Assembly: GCA_963701965.1 (NCBI GenBank)
Contig: OY969695.1
Span: forward strand, 3,872,001 to 3,936,000
Source: an uncultured Gemmatimonadales bacterium
Lineage (GTDB): Bacteria; Gemmatimonadota; Gemmatimonadetes; Gemmatimonadales; Gemmatimonadaceae
DNA length: 64,000 bases
Direction of reading: 5' to 3'
The position numbers were made by a program, and so were the translations under genes. Within the stretch, counting starts at the first letter, position 1; the number at the start of each line of letters is the position of its first letter. The notes beneath the pieces were generated by a model, which worked only from the letters and a program-made list of their open reading frames with translations, was not told where the DNA came from and ran no database searches. Positions 58,131 through 64,000 of this stretch are shown here, in pieces.

Positions 58131-58966
58131 GCCTTCGGCGCCGTCTGTTCGCGGACCCGCGGGCCGCCGTCGGGTTGGTGCTGATCGCGGCCATCGCCGC
58201 CGCGGCCATCGCGGCGCCGCTGATCGCGCACGGCGATCCCATCCAGCAAAATCTCGCGGGACGGTTGGCGCCGCCGTCCTGGCGACACTGGCTCGGCACC
58301 GATGGGGCGGGCCGCGACGTGTGGGCGCGCCTCGTCTACGGCGCCCGCGTCTCGCTGGCCGTCGGCTTCATCTCCCAAGCGATTGCGGTCACGCTCGGCC
58401 TGGTCTTCGGGCTCCTGGCCGGCTACTACGGACGCTGGGTCGATGAAGTGATCATGCGGCTCGCCGACGTGACGCTGGCGTTTCCGACGCTGCTGCTCCT
58501 GATCGCAATGGTCGCGGCGCTCCAACCCTCGCTGCTGGTCGTCTTCACGGCCGTGGGGCTCGTGGGGTGGGCCGGCATGGCGCGGCTGGTGCGAGGCCAG
58601 GTGCTCGTCGTCCGCGAGCTGGAGTTCGTCCAGGCGATCCGCGCCTTGGGCGCTCGCGACCGGCGCATCGTCGTGCGCCACGTCCTCCCCAACGTTCTGG
58701 CGCCGATCATCATCGCCGCGACGCTCGGCGTCGCGGGCGCCATCATGGCCGAGGCGGCCCTGTCGTTCCTCGGGCTCGGCGTCCAGCCGCCCACGCCGTC
58801 GTGGGGCTCGATGATCGCCGACGGCCGCGATCTCGCCCAGCTCCGCCATGCGCCCTGGACATCGGTCGCTCCCGGCCTCGCCATCGGCGCGGCCGTCATG
58901 GCGTTCAACCTGGTCGGCGACGCGCTGCGCGACGCGCTCGACCCGCGGTTCAGACGAACGCGATGA
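58127..58966 (+). CDS. Peptide ABC transporter permease, DppC/OppC family
   Basis: HWLGTD..GRD, YGARVSL, HVLPN, EAALSFLGLG, SWGSMI, NLVGDALRDALDP. Confidence 0.93.
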   Translation: MSLRRRLFADPRAAVGLVLIAAIAAAAIAAPLIAHGDPIQQNLAGRLAPPSWRHWLGTDGAGRDVWARLVYGARVSLAVGFISQAIAVTLGLVFGLLAGYYGRWVDEVIMRLADVTLAFPTLLLLIAMVAALQPSLLVVFTAVGLVGWAGMARLVRGQVLVVRELEFVQAIRALGARDRRIVVRHVLPNVLAPIIIAATLGVAGAIMAEAALSFLGLGVQPPTPSWGSMIADGRDLAQLRHAPWTSVAPGLAIGAAVMAFNLVGDALRDALDPRFRRTR

Positions 58967-60236
58967 GCGTGCGGCTCCGGGCGCCCTTTCGCAGGATCAC
59001 GTAGCGCTCGTACAGCAAGTCGGCATCGGTGATCGCGGTGGCGTCCGCCGATATCCGGCGGTCATTCACGTAGAGCCCGCCCTGCTGGATCAGTCGTCGC
59101 GCCTCGCTGCGCGAGGCGACGATCTCCTGGCGCGTGGCCACGTCTATGACATCAACATTGAGACTGGGAGCGCCAGGGACGACGCCTGCCGCGATGCGTA
59201 CGAGATACTCTTCTCGCTTGACTGAGACGAACGGGATCTCGCGCGACAGGGAGAGGAGATCGTCGAGCGTGAGCGCGTTGGGGCTGCCCCCGAAGAGCAC
59301 GGCCGAGACGCGCGCCGCGCTTTGCGCGGCGGCGTCGCCGTGCACGCGCGTGGTGACGTCCCGCGCCAACGCACGCTGCGCCTCACGCCGCTCCGGGTGC
59401 GCGGCGAGATTGGCTTCGAGCGCCTCGATATCCTCGCGGGAGAGCAGCGTAAAAAACCGGAGATAGCGCCCGACGTCGCGATCGTCGACGTTGATCCAGA
59501 ACTGATAGAATTGATACGGCGACGTCTTCTTCGCATCGAGCCACACGGCGCCGGACTCGGTCTTCCCGAATTTCGTCCCTGACGCGGTGGTGACGAGCGG
59601 CAGCGTGAGGGCATGCGCCTCGGCGGCGGTCGTGCGCCGAATCAGCTCGATCCCCGCCGTGATGTTCCCCCACTGGTCGCTGCCGCCGATCTGGAGGCTC
59701 ACGCCGTACCGCCGGTGCAGCTCCAGAAAATCGTATGATTGCAGCAACATGTACGCGAACTCCGTGAACGAGATCCCGGCATCCATCCGGGACCGCACGG
59801 AGTCCTTCTGCAACATGTAGTTGACCGTGAAGTGCTTGCCGACGTCGCGCAAAAACCCGACCAGGTCGAGCCCGCCCAGCCACTCCGCGTTGTTCACCAG
59901 CGGCATGTCGGCAAACCGCGCGATCTGTTCGTGGATGCGCCGCGCGTTCTCGGCGATCGTATCGCCGTCGGCGAGGGGCCGCTCGTTGACCTTGCCACTG
60001 GGATCGCCGATGAGTCCAGTCCCGCCGCCCACGACCGCAATCGGCCGGTGGCCGGCGCGTTGTAGGTGCACGAGGCCCATGATGGGCAGCAGATGTCCGA
60101 GGTGCAGGCTATCGGCCGTCGGATCGAAGCCGCAGTAGCCGGTGATCGGACCCGCGGCCAGGCGGGCGGGGAGCCCTTCGGTGCGATCGCTCACCAGCCC
60201 GCGCCATACCAGCTCGCTCAGAAAATCGGTCGGCAC
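58950..60236 (-). CDS. tyrS: Tyrosine--tRNA ligase
   Basis: YCGFDPTADSLHLGH, QIGGSDQWGNI, KFGKT, C-terminal S4 domain. GTG 60236 has a TATCTT box 7 nt upstream. Confidence 0.96.
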   Translation of the reverse strand: MPTDFLSELVWRGLVSDRTEGLPARLAAGPITGYCGFDPTADSLHLGHLLPIMGLVHLQRAGHRPIAVVGGGTGLIGDPSGKVNERPLADGDTIAENARRIHEQIARFADMPLVNNAEWLGGLDLVGFLRDVGKHFTVNYMLQKDSVRSRMDAGISFTEFAYMLLQSYDFLELHRRYGVSLQIGGSDQWGNITAGIELIRRTTAAEAHALTLPLVTTASGTKFGKTESGAVWLDAKKTSPYQFYQFWINVDDRDVGRYLRFFTLLSREDIEALEANLAAHPERREAQRALARDVTTRVHGDAAAQSAARVSAVLFGGSPNALTLDDLLSLSREIPFVSVKREEYLVRIAAGVVPGAPSLNVDVIDVATRQEIVASRSEARRLIQQGGLYVNDRRISADATAITDADLLYERYVILRKGARSRTLIAFV

Positions 60237-60298
60237 GACGCGCAAGATACGTGCGGCAATTTGCTTGCGCACGTTGAGCCGCCCGATAGCTTACGGAT

Positions 60299-60601
60299 AT
60301 GGCGGACGAGACGTACGACGACGCGCGGCGCCGGACGCTCGAGCAGCTTTTGCTCACGCTCGCCGCGCGCATTCGCGATCTCCACGGCCGCGGCGAGCTC
60401 CTGTCCCACGCCGCCGAACTGATGAAGCTGATCGGCGACGCCAAGAGCGAATTGTTTCACTACGAAGTCCGGGCCACGTACGACACCCCCGAGATCGCCG
60501 AGAGCCGGCGCATCGTGTCCGACGCGCAAGCCTCCGGTGACCCCAATTGGGAGTCCAAGGAGTGGACCGCGGACGACGAAGACGGACCACCTTCATGGTA
60601 G
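60299..60601 (+). CDS. Hypothetical protein (helical, acidic tail)
   Basis: 100-aa ORF preceded by a TAGCTT box; first gene of the dsbA-VKOR unit. Confidence 0.75.
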   Translation: MADETYDDARRRTLEQLLLTLAARIRDLHGRGELLSHAAELMKLIGDAKSELFHYEVRATYDTPEIAESRRIVSDAQASGDPNWESKEWTADDEDGPPSW

Positions 60602-60608
60602 CGCACTG

Positions 60609-61328
60609 ATGGCAGCTAACCGTGGGCGCACCACCGCGCCTCCGCCCCGGGCGCGCTTCCTGGCGTCCCTCGGCCTGCTGGTCGTCGTCGGCATCATCGC
60701 GATCGCCTACGCCAGCAAGAAGTCCGCGCCGCCGGTCATCTCGACGACGCCGGTCGATCCCGCGACGCTGGGCCCGGCCCAGGGCTACCTGCTCGGTCGC
60801 GCCGATGCGCCGGTGCAGATCCTGGAGTTCGCCGACTTCGAGTGCCCCGCCTGCGGCTCGTTCGCCGTCGTCACCGAGCCCGATGTCCGGAAGCGCATCG
60901 TCGATGCCGGACTGGCCAGCTATCGGTACTTCGATTTTCCGCTGCCCATGCACAAGAACACGTGGTACGCGTCCAACGCCGCCGCGTGCGCCAACGATCA
61001 GGGCAAGTTCTGGGAGATGCACGACCAGCTCTTTCTCAACCAGCCCGAGTGGAACTCGGAGGCCACCAGCAACCCGACCACGGTGCTGCAAGGCTACGCG
61101 AAGGTCCTCGGTCTCGACGTCGACAAGTGGCGCGCGTGCTATGACGCCCAGACGCATCTCCGCGACATCCAGGCCAACAAAGCCGAGGGTGAGCGCCGCA
61201 AGGTGAACCAGACCCCGACGTTCGTGATCGGCGATCACCAGATTGCCGGTCTGCTACCGTACGATCAGTTCAAGGCGTACGTCGACTCGGCCGCGACGGC
61301 CAAGAAGCGAGTTGCGGTCGCGCCGTGA
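60609..61328 (+). CDS. DsbA/BdbD-like thioredoxin-fold protein
   Basis: TM anchor, G..DAPV.I.EFADFECPAC, QGKFWEMHD.LF, TPTF. Confidence 0.92.
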   Translation: MAANRGRTTAPPPRARFLASLGLLVVVGIIAIAYASKKSAPPVISTTPVDPATLGPAQGYLLGRADAPVQILEFADFECPACGSFAVVTEPDVRKRIVDAGLASYRYFDFPLPMHKNTWYASNAAACANDQGKFWEMHDQLFLNQPEWNSEATSNPTTVLQGYAKVLGLDVDKWRACYDAQTHLRDIQANKAEGERRKVNQTPTFVIGDHQIAGLLPYDQFKAYVDSAATAKKRVAVAP

Positions 61329-61747
61329 CGCGGCGCATGCTGATCGCAGTCCTCGCCGTCGTTGGGTTGTTCGTCTCGCTGTATCTCACGCTCTATAAGC
61401 TCGGCTACATTGGCACGCTGAGCTGCTCGATCGGATCGTGCGAGACGGTCAACACCAGCCGGTATTCGCGACTCCTCGGCGCGCCCGTGGCCGCCTGGGG
61501 CGTGGGATTCTACGTCGTGATGTTGGGGATCTCCGTCGCCGGCTCGATGCCCGCCTACGAGACGTGCCGGCGCGTCTCGCGCCTCTTGCTCGTCGCGTCG
61601 ACGGGCGGACTGCTGTTCTCCGCGTACCTGACGTCGCTCGAGCTCTTCGTGATCCACGCCATCTGCATGTGGTGCGTGATCTCCGCGATCCTGGTGGCGG
61701 CGATCTTCGTCCTCAGCCTGCTCGAGGACCGCGCTACGCGCGCTTGA
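61325..61747 (+). CDS. Vitamin K epoxide reductase (VKOR) family protein
   Basis: CSIGSC..V..S.YS, LELFVIHAICMWC. Confidence 0.93.
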   Translation: MTRRMLIAVLAVVGLFVSLYLTLYKLGYIGTLSCSIGSCETVNTSRYSRLLGAPVAAWGVGFYVVMLGISVAGSMPAYETCRRVSRLLLVASTGGLLFSAYLTSLELFVIHAICMWCVISAILVAAIFVLSLLEDRATRA

Positions 61748-62144
61748 CGGTGCGGGATCGGGCGTCCGATGCGTCATTGAGACGGAGACGCGGTTTGCCG
61801 TCTTCGTCGGTCGCTGCCGCGCTCCCGTCGGCGGCGGCCGCCGCCCGCTCCAACTCGCGCGACCGTCTCCGGTAGGGCACCAAGTCCTGGCCCAGCGCCA
61901 CCAGCGCGCGGGTCGCCACGGTACTGGCCAGCGGTTCGGGAACGCCCATCACCCGGATATACGTGTCGATCGCGCGATCGAACGACATCTCCTCCGCCAA
62001 CGTGTCGACGAAGAGCAGGGCGTTGTCGACGTGCGCGCGAATGATGGCTTCCTCGCCCCGGGCGACGGCCAACCGCATCCGTCGTTCGGCGGCGGCGCTC
62101 AGCTTGCGGGGAAAGATCGACTCGGGGAAGAGCTTCGTGAACAT
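61734..62144 (-). CDS. Hypothetical protein
   Basis: 136-aa protein-like ORF downstream of acs. Confidence 0.7.
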   Translation of the reverse strand: MFTKLFPESIFPRKLSAAAERRMRLAVARGEEAIIRAHVDNALLFVDTLAEEMSFDRAIDTYIRVMGVPEPLASTVATRALVALGQDLVPYRRRSRELERAAAAADGSAAATDEDGKPRLRLNDASDARSRTVKRA

Positions 62145-62166
62145 GACGTCCGCCGGATAGGGGGAC

Positions 62167-64000
<1,834 letters not shown>

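Noticed and set aside
59140..59230. Slightly AT-richer segment in the tyrS C-terminal linker as a possible insertion
   Set aside because: It is in frame, short and in a variable linker before the S4 domain, with no intein or mobile-element hallmarks.

Overview
High-GC, densely coded bacterial chromosome segment of about 64 genes, mostly housekeeping. Gene content and order suggest a Gram-negative Gemmatimonadota-like organism (inference, not verified). In order: glcF-glcE-glcD and a Lon-N protein; a GH18/deacetylase/GT2 fusion; a sigma factor with a receiver protein; aroB, PduO-type adenosyltransferase, a Ser/Thr kinase and a ferredoxin-NADP reductase; dppB/dppA; a REC-GGDEF/TamA/TamB/DAGK/NtrC-like/Zn-finger/NlpC operon; a cytochrome c-FTR1 fusion; a long minus-strand run from a DnaB-like gene and yebC-ruvCAB through queA-tgt-yajC-def-fmt-thiE-mgtE-thiSG-rsmB-PASTA-rpe-tlpA-tsaD-lgt to acpS; an HtpX-like protein; a PorX-like REC-PglZ/msbA/GT4/lpxL/dppC cluster; tyrS, DsbA-VKOR and acs. 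I found no rRNA, tRNA, CRISPR array or mobile element. The two most notable signals lie outside the gene list. (1) All three frameshifts and several substitutions in conserved motifs fall on the same base of CATC/GATG, which may be the footprint of a DNA modification. (2) About a dozen genes have a TAnnnT box 5-8 nt before the start codon, suggesting widespread leaderless transcription. Also notable: a catalytically degenerate M48 peptidase, a GAFTGA-less NtrC-like regulator, a truncated DnaB paralog, a CdaR-like micro-protein and a probable CTG start for queA.
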